A stretch of 64,000 nucleotides of DNA from Candidatus Latescibacterota bacterium (GTDB lineage: Bacteria > Latescibacterota > UBA2968), in assembly GCA_965198115.1 (NCBI GenBank), contig OZ240241.1:3232001-3296000 (forward strand). Reading direction: 5' to 3'. A program made the translations under genes and the position numbers. Every line of letters starts with the position of its first letter. Position 1 is the first letter of the stretch. Under the pieces are notes generated by a model. It worked only from the letters and a program-made list of their open reading frames with translations, made no database searches and was not told the origin of the DNA. Shown here one piece after another: positions 50,666 to 60,528 of the stretch.

Positions 50666-52085
50666 GGCTCTATCCGGGTTTCTCAACGGTGAAACTATAG
50701 AATGACAAGGTCATAGATCGTTCCCTACGCTTGGTTGTGTGTGTAGGACAATCAAAGCGAAGGGGGTGCGACCTATGACCGGGAGCAGATTACTATCGAA
50801 ACTGCTGAGATTCAAGGGGTTCCGTGTTGTCAGCTGGTGGTTTGAGGGGAGAAGCTGTTTCGTCATCGCCGTAAAGCCACATAAGAATGGTTGTTGTTGT
50901 CCGGAGTGCGGCCGTCGAGGTAAAATCGTCCGCACAATGCCCCATCCGCGTCGGTGGCGTGACATTCCGGTGTGCGGGTGGAGGGTCTGGCTTCTCTACC
51001 ATCCTCGGGAGATTCGGTGTCCTACCCACGGTCGTGTGGTCGAGGAGATTCCGTGGGCGGAGCGGTTCTCTCGGGTGACGTATCGCTTCGAGTATGCCAT
51101 GCTGCGCTACTGCCAGACCATGACGCAGAAGGCGGCGTCCGAGTTGCTGCGCATCTCTGCCTCGACGCTGTCGGATCTCCTTCACCGATCCATCACGCGG
51201 CTTCGTGAAGGTCATCGTATCCGAGGGCTCAAAACCATCGGGATCGACGAGATCTCCTACGCCAAGCGTCACAGGTACGCCACGCTCGTTTACGATCTGG
51301 ACCGCTCCTGCGTGGTGTGGGTTGGCCGCGGCAGGGCGCGTAAAACGATCGATCGGTTCTTCACAGAGGCTCTCAGTCCCTACCGGAGATCCAAGATCGA
51401 GTGGGCCTGCTGCGACATGAGCGAAGCTTACATCGGAGCCATCCAGGAACACTGTCCGAATGCCAAGCTGGTCCTCGATCGCTTTCACATCGTCAAGGCT
51501 CTCAATGCCGCCGTTGACGAGGTCCGTAAGGACCAGTGGCGTAAAGCTGCCCCGGATGAGCGCAAAGCCATGAAGGGCCTCCGATGGCTCCTCTACCGGC
51601 ACTCAGCGACACGCTCCAGAGGGGATACTCGGACACTCAAAGCACTGGAGAAGGCGAACTACCGAATCTATAGAGCCTGGAGACTCAAGGACGAGTTCGA
51701 GCAGTTCTGGGAATACAAAGCGCCCTGGGCTGCCGAACGCTTCCTGAAATGCTGGACGACGTCCGCACTCAGAAGTCGACTTGAACCCCTGCGAAAGTTC
51801 GTCAGGACCCTGCGACAGCACTTCTTCGGCGTCCTCGCATTCGTGAACACGCGTCTTACCAACGCCATCGCCGAAGGCCTCAACCGAATCGTCCAAATCG
51901 TCAAGAACCGAGCCAGCGGATTCCGCACACTCGACGCATTCAACGATATGATCTTCCTTACCGTCGGAGACATAAACATCCCTGAGCAGATTCCGAAGAG
52001 GTTCCGCACACGCTAACCGCGCCCCCATGCCAGGAACCACGGCACCTTCACCCACTTCAGCTCGTTGAGAGATCCGGATATAGCC
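50666..52085 (+). mobile_element. ISL3-family IS, copy 3, tandem with copy 2
   Basis: Separated from copy 2 by T8; identical protein. Confidence 0.93.
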
Positions 52086-52169
52086 TTTTTTATGTCATAT
52101 CGGTTCCGTTCAGAGAAGGACCGATGATGGCCCTTGTTCAACCACGCTCACACCGCAGCAGGGAACCGA

Positions 52170-52976
52170 ATGACCGACGACGCCGTAGAAATCTACTCCA
52201 TCGGCACCGAACTCCTGCTCGGCCAGATACAAGACACCAACGCCTTCTGGATGGCTCAGCAGGTTGCGCGACTCGGCGCCCACACACGACGAATCTCGAT
52301 CCTCGACGACGACGTCGACGATCTCCTCGTCGTTTTACAAGACGCCATCGATCGTAACACACGCATCCTCATCACAACGGGTGGGCTTGGCCCCACACCC
52401 GACGACCTGACCGTCGAGGTCATCGCACGCCTCAAGGGCGTCGACGTCGTCGTGAACGAAGAACTCGTCGAGCGGTTCATGCAGACGCGCGAAATCTCCC
52501 GTCGTGAGGATGTCCGTCCCGGCCTCATCAAAATGGCCAGCTCGCCGGAGGGCTCCGTGGTCCATCCCAACCCGGCAGGCGTTGCGCCCTGCGTCGAAAC
52601 CCGGATCGGTGACACCACCATCTATAACCTGCCCGGTCCGCCTCGCGAGGTACAGGCCCTGTTCGATCAATGTCTCGAGGGGCCGATCGCCGACATCGCC
52701 TCCGGCGATCGAGTGACGCTTCGTGTCGCCGTCAACCTTCCCGAGTCGGAATTGGGCCCCATCCTGCACGAGGTGATGGAACGACACCCCAACACCTACG
52801 TCAAAGCGTATGTCGCCCTCCGTGAGCGAATCGAGGGCGGACAACGTCTGCCCGTCGATATCGTCGCGCACGATGTCGATGACACGACCGCCAAAGCATT
52901 GCTCGACGATGCGCTCGCGACCTTCACCGTCCTCGTCGCCCAGAAGGACCGCACCGTCGAGCATCTCACCGAGTGA
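52170..52976 (+). CDS. CinA N-terminal-like (MoCF-binding) protein lacking the C-terminal PncC domain
   Basis: IGTELLLGQIQDTN, TTGGLGPTPDDLT, LPGPPREV. Confidence 0.88.
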   Translation: MTDDAVEIYSIGTELLLGQIQDTNAFWMAQQVARLGAHTRRISILDDDVDDLLVVLQDAIDRNTRILITTGGLGPTPDDLTVEVIARLKGVDVVVNEELVERFMQTREISRREDVRPGLIKMASSPEGSVVHPNPAGVAPCVETRIGDTTIYNLPGPPREVQALFDQCLEGPIADIASGDRVTLRVAVNLPESELGPILHEVMERHPNTYVKAYVALRERIEGGQRLPVDIVAHDVDDTTAKALLDDALATFTVLVAQKDRTVEHLTE

Positions 52977-52992
52977 TCACTGGAGGCAACGA

Positions 52993-53181
52993 ATGCCGTT
53001 CGTCAACGTCCGTATGCTCGAAGGTCGTTCCCACGATCAGAAACGACGCCTCGTCAAAGCAATCACCGATGCGATGGCCGACATCTGCGATGCCAAGCCC
53101 GAAGGAACGATGATCGTCATCGATGAGGTCCCCAGAGATCACTGGGCACGCGGTGGCGTCCTGATATCGGAACGCACCTGA
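52993..53181 (+). CDS. 4-oxalocrotonate tautomerase family protein
   Basis: GGAGG RBS; MPFVNV..EGRS.DQKRRL..WARGG with Pro1. Confidence 0.92.
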   Translation: MPFVNVRMLEGRSHDQKRRLVKAITDAMADICDAKPEGTMIVIDEVPRDHWARGGVLISERT

Positions 53182-53354
53182 CCGAGCCTGGCTCGGGTCG
53201 ATTATTCCCCCTGTCCCACAGCACCAGAGATCGTCCAAGGTCGTCCCTGTCCGCCTGCGATCCCCGAGTTAAAAAGTCTTTGGGGAACCGATGGCCTGAT
53301 CAACCCGTTTAACGGTCAGCCGGCTGTCGGACGCTCCCCTTTTATCCTGCTGGC

Positions 53355-53383
53355 TTGACACACATGGGCCCCCAGTCTATATT
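53355..53383 (+). promoter_or_regulatory. Sigma70 promoter of the TPR-mdh operon
   Basis: TTGACA, 17 bp, TATATT. Confidence 0.7.
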
Positions 53384-53456
53384 GGCCGCGCAAGTCCCTA
53401 TCAAACAAGAACTAATGTCGAAGAAGATCTCTGATCGTCTGAGAAAGGAGCCGTCC

Positions 53457-54698
53457 ATGCTCGCCCTCAAACGACCCGCCGCTTGGGTTGTGGCAGCGCT
53501 CTTTACGATGGGTCTGTTCACCAGCGACACCTCTGCCCAGGTCAGGGTCAGGAGCGCAAAAGTGGCCATGTCGTCGGCCAAGAACTACATCCAGCAACGG
53601 GTGCCCGACAAAGCCTTCGAGATGCTCGAGATCGCCATCAAGCTCAAGCCCGACCACCACGAGGCGCACTTCATGCTGGGCGCGATTTATGCCGAGCGGG
53701 AAATGATCGACGAGATGAACAAGCAGTTCGAGATCGTCATGGCCCACAAAAAAGGGAAGAAGTACTACAAAAAGGGAGTCAAAACAGCCGGAGCCAGTGA
53801 TTTCATGTTCGGGGGGATCCGTTACACCCGCGAGACGCTCTGGCGCCAGAACTTCAACACAGGCGTGCGATCGCTCAACGGAGGGAAGCTCCACGCGGCC
53901 ATCGCGAACTTCCTGACCGCTGCGCAGGTCGACCCGACCAACCCGGGGTCCTTCAGCGCGATAGGCAAAGTCTACATCAACATGGGGCGCGACAGTCTCG
54001 ACACCGCGATCTCCTACTACAACAAAGCACTTGCTCTCGACAGCACGATGGTCGAAGCCTACGCCGACATGGGAATAGCTTTTCTCAACAACGGGCGACA
54101 CGCGGAAGCTGAGGTCAATCTGAAGAAGGCTCACGACTTGCAGCCGGAGAACATCAGCATCTGCCGAGCCTTATCAAGCGCGCAATGGGCGCAAAACAAG
54201 AGGGAGGCGGCTACAGCGACCGCCGAGTTGGCACTTTCAGCAGCACCCGAAGATCCTAAAGTCCTCTCGCTCGTGGGTGGTCTGCTCACCGACATGCGCG
54301 AATTCGAAAAGGCCATAGTCCACCTCGAAAAGGCCTTGGAGAAGGAACCGGAAGATGCCGACATCAAGTTCAACCTCGCCAATGCCTACCTCGGAACGGG
54401 CAACCTCGACCAGGCGGAGGGGCTCTTCCTGAAGTCGATCGAGACCGACCCCAACGACCATCAGGCCATTTACCAGCTCGGATCCATCTACGACAAGTCA
54501 GAAAAGTTCGACGAGGCCATTTCGATGTTCGAGAGAGTGACGAGCCTCAAGCCGCAGTGGCCTCAAGGTTGGGACGCCCTCTACAAAGCCTACGCACACA
54601 AGTCGGCCGTGACGGAGGGTGACGCCGCGAGGAATGCGGCAAAGAAGGCAGAAGAGGCGCTCAACGTCTACACCGCGCTTTCGGGTAGCGGCGAATAG
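53457..54698 (+). CDS. Secreted TPR-repeat protein
   Basis: AAGGAG RBS, signal peptide, multiple TPR units. Confidence 0.88.
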   Translation: MLALKRPAAWVVAALFTMGLFTSDTSAQVRVRSAKVAMSSAKNYIQQRVPDKAFEMLEIAIKLKPDHHEAHFMLGAIYAEREMIDEMNKQFEIVMAHKKGKKYYKKGVKTAGASDFMFGGIRYTRETLWRQNFNTGVRSLNGGKLHAAIANFLTAAQVDPTNPGSFSAIGKVYINMGRDSLDTAISYYNKALALDSTMVEAYADMGIAFLNNGRHAEAEVNLKKAHDLQPENISICRALSSAQWAQNKREAATATAELALSAAPEDPKVLSLVGGLLTDMREFEKAIVHLEKALEKEPEDADIKFNLANAYLGTGNLDQAEGLFLKSIETDPNDHQAIYQLGSIYDKSEKFDEAISMFERVTSLKPQWPQGWDALYKAYAHKSAVTEGDAARNAAKKAEEALNVYTALSGSGE

Positions 54699-54719
54699 TA
54701 CTCAGGGGAGGGGAACAGC

Positions 54720-55727
54720 GTGTATCTCACGAACGACAAGGTAGTGGTTCTCGGGGCTGCCGGCGCGATCGGCTCCAATCTCGCACAGACGCTCCTGGCG
54801 TCGGGCACGGCTGGAACCGTTTGCATGTACGATCCGTTCGAGCCGGGTCTCGAAGGTGCCGCGGAAGAGATCTTCCACTGCGGTTTTCCAGGGGCCGACG
54901 TCACCTGGACGACCGACATCGCACAGGCGCTCGATGGCGCATCCTACATCATCACCTCGGGTGGCGCGCCCCGTAAAGAAGGCATGACACGCGAAGACCT
55001 GCTCCGCGACAACGCCCAGATCGCCAAAGGATTGGGTCTCGACATCAAAGCCAACTGTCCGAATGCGAAATTTGCCATCGTCATCTTCAACCCCGCCGAC
55101 ATCACAGGTCTCACCGCCCTCGTCCACTCGGGTCTTGCGCCGACCAGGGTAGGCACCCTTGCCGCGCTAGACAGCACGCGTCTCCAGTCCGCGCTGGCCA
55201 AACACTTCGATGTTCTGCAATACAAAGTCACAGGGTGTCGGACCTACGGAGGCCACGGCGAGCAAATGGCCGTCTTCCAAGGCGGAATCGAGATCGACGG
55301 TGTCGGACTCGACGCCATCCTCGATGGCGGACAGGCCAACGGAAAGACAATGTCGGCGGACGAATGGAAAGACATTCAGGAACGTGTGACACAGGGGGGT
55401 GCCGCCATCATCAAGCTTCGCGGTCGGTCTTCGTTTCAGTCACCCGCACAGCAGAGCGTTTTGATGCTTCGCGGCATTCTGGGCGAAGCCTACGACTGGC
55501 CTACGGGGTGCTACGTCAGCGGCGGTGACTTCGACCAAATCATGATGGCCATGCCGGCCAAGCTCTCGACGGCCGGCGCCGAATGGCAGATGCCCGAGGG
55601 GTCTTCCGAGGACCTGGCCGCTCTCAAAGAGTCCTACAATCACCTTGTCGAACTGCGCAACGAAGTCATCGAAGCCGGCATCCTGCCCCCGCTCGATGCG
55701 TGGAAGGATGCAAACCCGAATCTGTAG
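54720..55727 (+). CDS. mdh: Malate dehydrogenase
   Basis: GAAGAIG, GAPRKEGMTREDLL..N, NPAD, LDSTR, GGHGE, RGRSS. Confidence 0.88.
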   Translation: MYLTNDKVVVLGAAGAIGSNLAQTLLASGTAGTVCMYDPFEPGLEGAAEEIFHCGFPGADVTWTTDIAQALDGASYIITSGGAPRKEGMTREDLLRDNAQIAKGLGLDIKANCPNAKFAIVIFNPADITGLTALVHSGLAPTRVGTLAALDSTRLQSALAKHFDVLQYKVTGCRTYGGHGEQMAVFQGGIEIDGVGLDAILDGGQANGKTMSADEWKDIQERVTQGGAAIIKLRGRSSFQSPAQQSVLMLRGILGEAYDWPTGCYVSGGDFDQIMMAMPAKLSTAGAEWQMPEGSSEDLAALKESYNHLVELRNEVIEAGILPPLDAWKDANPNL

Positions 55728-55750
55728 GCACGCGTTATCGAACACTTCGA

Positions 55751-55792
55751 AGGAGCGGTGCGCAACCGACGAGGTTGCCCCGCTCCTGTTTT
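55751..55792 (+). terminator. Intrinsic terminator after mdh
   Basis: aggagcgg...ccgctcct followed by gtttt. Confidence 0.6.
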
Positions 55793-55839
55793 ACGTTGTT
55801 GCACGTCTGGCGAGAAGCCAGGCCAGCGGATAGACCGGA

Positions 55840-56988
55840 ATGCCCCAATACGATCTGCTCGTCAAACGAGGGACCTTGATCGATCCCGCCAGCGGTCTTA
55901 CCGGCGTAGGTCGCGACATCGCCATCACGGGCGATCGCATCGCCAGGGTGGCCGAGGAGATTTACGAAGAAGAAGCCGCGACCGTCATCGATGCCAGCGA
56001 TGTCTACGTGTCGCCGGGATGGATCGACCTTCACGTCCACGTGTGGGACGGTGTCGCCGACCTCGCGATCCCGGGCGATCCCAATTGCGTCGGCAAGGGT
56101 GTCACGACGGCTTTCGACGCCGGATCTGCCGGCGCCGACACGTATCCCGGATTCCAAAAGTACGTCATCGACGTCAGCGCGACGAGGGTCAAAGCCTTCC
56201 TCCACATTTCTTCGCAGGGCCAGCTCACCAAGAACATCGGCGAACTGACCGACTTGAGATACGCCGACGTCGACCGAGCTGTCAAGATGTGCGAGGCTTA
56301 CAAAGACGACATCGTCGGCGTGAAGATTCGGATGAGTCGAAACATCGTGGGAGAGAACGGCAAGGAGGGGCTGAAGCGTGCACGCGAGGTCTGCGAAGCC
56401 ACCGGGCTCCCGTTGATGCTCCATCCCAACGCGAGCCCGCTCTCACTGTCGGCCATGCTCGACGAAATGCGGGTGGGAGATGTCATGACGCATTGCTTCC
56501 ACAAGAGCGACACGGGCGTCATCGACGAAGAAGGGACTGTTCGTCCCGAAGCGGTCAAGGCAGTGGAGGAAGGCGGGATTCTGTTCGACGTCGGCCACGG
56601 CGCAGGCAGCTTCGCCTTCGAGATCGCAGAGATGGCGATGGGACAGAGTCTTCACCCCGGGACCATCTCGAGCGACCTCCACAAGTACAACGTCCAAGGC
56701 CCGGTTTACTCCCTCGCGCTTACGATGTCGAAATTTCTGCACCTCGGTCTGTCGCTCGAGGAAGTGATTCGAAAAGTCACCGTTGCCCCGGCAGAGGCGA
56801 TGGGCATGCTCAACGAGATAGGCGTCATTCGGGAAGGATCGTGTGCGGACCTGACGCTTTTCAACGTCGCGGAGGGGACTTTCGAACTGCGCGACGCCAT
56901 CGGTCACACGCGAACGGGAGAGCGTTCGATCGAACACGTCTCCACGATACGCGGCGGCCGGATTTACGCGCCGGGTGTGTTCGACTAA
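55840..56988 (+). CDS. Amidohydrolase/deacetylase (dihydroorotase-like) metallohydrolase
   Basis: PGWIDLHVH, DAGSAG, DVGHGAGSF, TISSDLH. Confidence 0.88.
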   Translation: MPQYDLLVKRGTLIDPASGLTGVGRDIAITGDRIARVAEEIYEEEAATVIDASDVYVSPGWIDLHVHVWDGVADLAIPGDPNCVGKGVTTAFDAGSAGADTYPGFQKYVIDVSATRVKAFLHISSQGQLTKNIGELTDLRYADVDRAVKMCEAYKDDIVGVKIRMSRNIVGENGKEGLKRAREVCEATGLPLMLHPNASPLSLSAMLDEMRVGDVMTHCFHKSDTGVIDEEGTVRPEAVKAVEEGGILFDVGHGAGSFAFEIAEMAMGQSLHPGTISSDLHKYNVQGPVYSLALTMSKFLHLGLSLEEVIRKVTVAPAEAMGMLNEIGVIREGSCADLTLFNVAEGTFELRDAIGHTRTGERSIEHVSTIRGGRIYAPGVFD

Positions 56989-56991
56989 GCG

Positions 56992-57757
56992 CTAGGTCGA
57001 GGCCAGCGTAGCCGGACCCGTCTCGCACCCCTTGACCAGGTAGCCGCCACAGGAAATGCTGGAAACCATGTTCTCGGGCTTGTCTGCGAGGAATCGATCG
57101 ACGGCAGCTGTCGCCCCGGCACAGCTGATCCCCCCGTAGTCGTCGCACAGAATGATGCCGCCTTCGTTCATCCTCGGGTAGAAGAACGACAGGCTGTCAC
57201 CCGTCGGCTGCGCGAGGTCGACGTCGATGTGGACGAACGAAAATCGTCGATCCTCCACATCGCTGAATCGATCTGGAATCCAGCCCTTGTAGTATTCGAC
57301 GGAAGGGAAATCACTTAAAGCTTCCTGAACCGTCGCGACGGTGACGGCGAGATCGCCGCCCCGCCAATGTCCACCGTCGGCGACATCAGGTTCGGAGAGT
57401 CCCTCGAACGAATCGAAAACGTGGTGGGTTCGGGGCAAAGACGAACGCTCGTTCGCAGCGCAGATACGAACTCGCTCCGCGATACACACCACACTCTGCG
57501 GTGTCGCCCGGAATCGCGTGAGTAAGACGCAGCAACTGATGCAGTAACCAGCGGCGCTCGGTGTTCAACCATCCCATCTCCGCAAAGCGGGCGAGGTAGG
57601 CGTTGAACCCGTCGTCGTGCCACCAGTCCATTTCCGGCAGCTTGAATCGGTAGCCCGGCACGAGCAACTTGCCGAGATACATCATCAAATAAAACCGGAA
57701 GAAACGGCGATGCCGGGACTCCAGCAATTTGGGCAGTCCGCGGATCAAACGAGACAT
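56992..57757 (-). CDS. TylF/MycF O-methyltransferase; apparent frameshift ~57463
   Basis: GDTAECGVYRG, FDSFEG, VHIDVD, DDYG split over two frames. Confidence 0.82.
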
Positions 57758-57847
57758 AGACGATTCCTCAACACAGCAGACCGATCATTCGACTGACTAT
57801 AGGCCTTTCCCCTGACTTGGAAAACAGGCCACGCCAAAGGAGGATGC

Positions 57848-58933
57848 ATGCTCTACTCACCCGTCGGTCACAGCAAGTGGGAACTCGACACACCGGCCCT
57901 GTTGATCGATCTCGATAAACTCGAGCGTAACATCGCGGCCATGGCGTCTCGCTGTGAGGAGAACGGCGTCGACTGGCGGCCTCATACGAAGGGCCACAAA
58001 AACCCCGCCATCGCGCACGCCTGCATCGAGGCTGGCGCAATCGGCGTCACCTGTGCCAAACTCGGGGAAGCCGAGGTCATGGCCGCCGCCGGCATCCGGG
58101 ACATCCTCGTTGCCAACGAGGTCGTCGGAGACCAGAAGGTGCGACGCCTAGCGGGTGTTCAGCGTCGATCGAGTGTGATGTGCGCCGTCGACGATCCGTT
58201 TCACATCCAGCAGATCGGGTCGGCGGCAACCGATGCGGGTGTCTCCGTGCGTGTGCTCGTCGACGTCGACGTCGGGATGAACCGGTGTGGTGTCCCGCCC
58301 GGTGCGCCCGCCGCCGACCTGGCAGAACAGGCCGAAGCAACCGACGGCATCGCCTTCGCAGGCATCATGGGCTACGAAGGACACGCCATGAAATTGCCCG
58401 ACAACGAAAAGAAGGCCGAGGTCGAGCGTGACTCCGCGATGCTCCGCGACACGATCGAGGACATTCAATCACGGGGACTCAAGGTCGGGATCGTCAGCGC
58501 CGGCGGCACGGGAACGTTGTCTTTCACGCCCCAGCAGGAAGGCGTTACGGAGATTCAGGCTGGCGGCGGCGTACTCATGGACACGGTATATCGTGACGTG
58601 CTGAACGTTCCGCATCTTGAGTGTGCCCTGGGCCTGCTCGTCACGGTCATCAGTCACGCGACTCCGGAGCGCGCCGTCATCGACGCAGGGCGCAAGACGA
58701 TGCACCCCGCCGTCGAATTCGTCGACCAGGACGACGTCGAAATGGGTGGCCTCTCGGCCGAACACGGCAACCTGAAGGTCGGGCCCAATGCGAATCTGAA
58801 GGTCGGCCAGAAGCTCGAACTCACCTCCGGCTATGGAGACGACACAATCTTCCTCCACAACGAGGTTTACGGGATCAGAAACGATCACGTCGAAGTCGTG
58901 TGGGATATCCCCGGCCGTGGCAAGCTGCACTGA
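57848..58933 (+). CDS. DSD1/D-threonine aldolase family fold-III PLP enzyme
   Basis: DTPALLID, RPHTKGHK, MGYEGH, GGTG, DAGRK, LSAEHG. Confidence 0.9.
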   Translation: MLYSPVGHSKWELDTPALLIDLDKLERNIAAMASRCEENGVDWRPHTKGHKNPAIAHACIEAGAIGVTCAKLGEAEVMAAAGIRDILVANEVVGDQKVRRLAGVQRRSSVMCAVDDPFHIQQIGSAATDAGVSVRVLVDVDVGMNRCGVPPGAPAADLAEQAEATDGIAFAGIMGYEGHAMKLPDNEKKAEVERDSAMLRDTIEDIQSRGLKVGIVSAGGTGTLSFTPQQEGVTEIQAGGGVLMDTVYRDVLNVPHLECALGLLVTVISHATPERAVIDAGRKTMHPAVEFVDQDDVEMGGLSAEHGNLKVGPNANLKVGQKLELTSGYGDDTIFLHNEVYGIRNDHVEVVWDIPGRGKLH

Positions 58934-59025
58934 GCGGCATCATTTTCCACCAGAATGATGTTTCGTTCAGGTAGCGGCTTACCTAATTCGCGAATTATCA
59001 AGGGTTAATCTTCGCTCCCGGAAAG

Positions 59026-59041
59026 TGGCACCAGGCTTGCT
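59026..59041 (+). promoter_or_regulatory. Consensus sigma54 promoter
   Basis: TGGCAC-CAGGC-TTGCT. Confidence 0.78.
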
Positions 59042-59143
59042 CCCTGCGATCCTGACTGCGGATTCCCCCTTCGGCCCCGATTCGAGAGTCGTTCGACTCA
59101 AGAGTCGACCGAATCCGCCGATCAGGAAAATAGGAGAGCGACC

Positions 59144-59332
59144 TTGGATTACCTTCTCGTCACATTCATCTTCCTGGCCGTGACCATCCTGGCCGGCTTG
59201 TGCCTGTTCGTGATCGAGTATCAGAACAGCCGCACACGCCGTCTCAACCAGGTTTGGTCAGCCCGCCTCGGGGCGTTGTCTGCGCAGCCACGACCCGCCG
59301 ACGGACCCCAGAACGAACAACACGCGGCGTAG
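59144..59332 (+). CDS. Small single-TM protein
   Basis: TAGGAG RBS, TTG start, N-terminal hydrophobic helix. Confidence 0.65.
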   Translation: MDYLLVTFIFLAVTILAGLCLFVIEYQNSRTRRLNQVWSARLGALSAQPRPADGPQNEQHAA

Positions 59333-59366
59333 CGACACACGCTCTTCAGAACACGGAGAACCCTGC

Positions 59367-60311
59367 TTGAATTGCCTCGTTACGGGTGGTGCAGGCTTCA
59401 TCGGTCATAACCTCGTTCGGAATCTGCTCGACAGAGGTCACGCGGTACGCGTGCTCGACAACTATGCCACGGGCAAACGCAAGAACCTCGATCCCTATCT
59501 AAACAACATCGACTTTGTCGAAGGAGATCTCAGAGACTTCGACGTCGTCCGTGAGTCCGCTCGCGATATGGAAGTGATCTTCCATCAGGGTGCGCTCGCA
59601 TCTGTTCCCCGGTCGATCAAAGACCCCATCACTTCCAGCCAGGTCAACATCAACGGGACGCTTCACGTACTCGAAGCTGCGCGCCACCACGACGTGCGCA
59701 GAGTCGTTTACGCGTCATCCTCCTCCGTCTATGGCCACAATCCCAAGCTACCCAAACACGAAGGGATGGTCCCTGCCCCCGTTTCACCTTACGCGGTCAG
59801 CAAACTGGCCGGTGAGCAATACTGTAGGGTCTTCGCGCAGATTTACCACCTCGAGACCGTCGCCCTCCGCTACTTCAACGTCTTCGGACCCGGCCAGGAC
59901 CTCCACTCGCCTTACGCGGCCGTGATGCCGCTGTTCGCGGCAGGCTTCCTGAACGGGACACCCATCACCGTCAACGGCGACGGTGAACAGTCCCGCGACT
60001 TCACGTTCATCGACAACGTCGTTCAGGCTAATCTCTGTGCGGCAACAGCCCGCGAAGCCTCCGGGGGCGCCTTCAACGTCGCTTGTGGCCAGCGTACGAC
60101 GCTCAACCAGGTCCTCGACCACCTCCGCACGATGACCGAGGTCGATACCGAAGTCGTCTACGGTCCCGATCGTCCCGGCGACGTGAAGCATTCGCTCGCC
60201 GACATCGACCGGGCAAAAACCGTCCTCAGCTACACGCCGTCCGTTCCTCTCGAAGCCGGCCTCCGCTCGACCGTCGAATACTACCGATCCCTCGTCGGCA
60301 ACGCCGGCTGA
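59367..60311 (+). CDS. NAD-dependent nucleotide-sugar epimerase (WbpP-like SDR)
   Basis: TGGAGFIG, SSSSVYG, YAVSK, LRYFNVFGP. Confidence 0.93.
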   Translation: MNCLVTGGAGFIGHNLVRNLLDRGHAVRVLDNYATGKRKNLDPYLNNIDFVEGDLRDFDVVRESARDMEVIFHQGALASVPRSIKDPITSSQVNINGTLHVLEAARHHDVRRVVYASSSSVYGHNPKLPKHEGMVPAPVSPYAVSKLAGEQYCRVFAQIYHLETVALRYFNVFGPGQDLHSPYAAVMPLFAAGFLNGTPITVNGDGEQSRDFTFIDNVVQANLCAATAREASGGAFNVACGQRTTLNQVLDHLRTMTEVDTEVVYGPDRPGDVKHSLADIDRAKTVLSYTPSVPLEAGLRSTVEYYRSLVGNAG

Positions 60312-60528
60312 TTCTCGACTCCATACGGAACCAATCAGTAGGACTGGCCTCCCGGCCAGGAAACCCTGCCGCGAATCACACTCCCCATTTCTTTCGCAGC
60401 CGGGAGACTGTTCCCACCGCATCCTCATCGCCTGTGAAGTGGATTCGTGTTCCCTCGCGTGCTCACAGCAGACAATCTCCGATCCAAATGGGGTTGACCG
60501 GGATAGGGTTCTCACCCACTATCCCGAC

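Noticed and set aside
36832-52141. TGTTCAA at ~36832 and ~52135 as attL/attR cores
   Set aside because: A 7-bp match is expected by chance over this distance; no supporting inverted arms identified
53232-53335. Hairpin-rich intergenic region as an ncRNA
   Set aside because: The stems (tccccgag/tttgggga and others) fit a terminator or chance pairing; no family recognised
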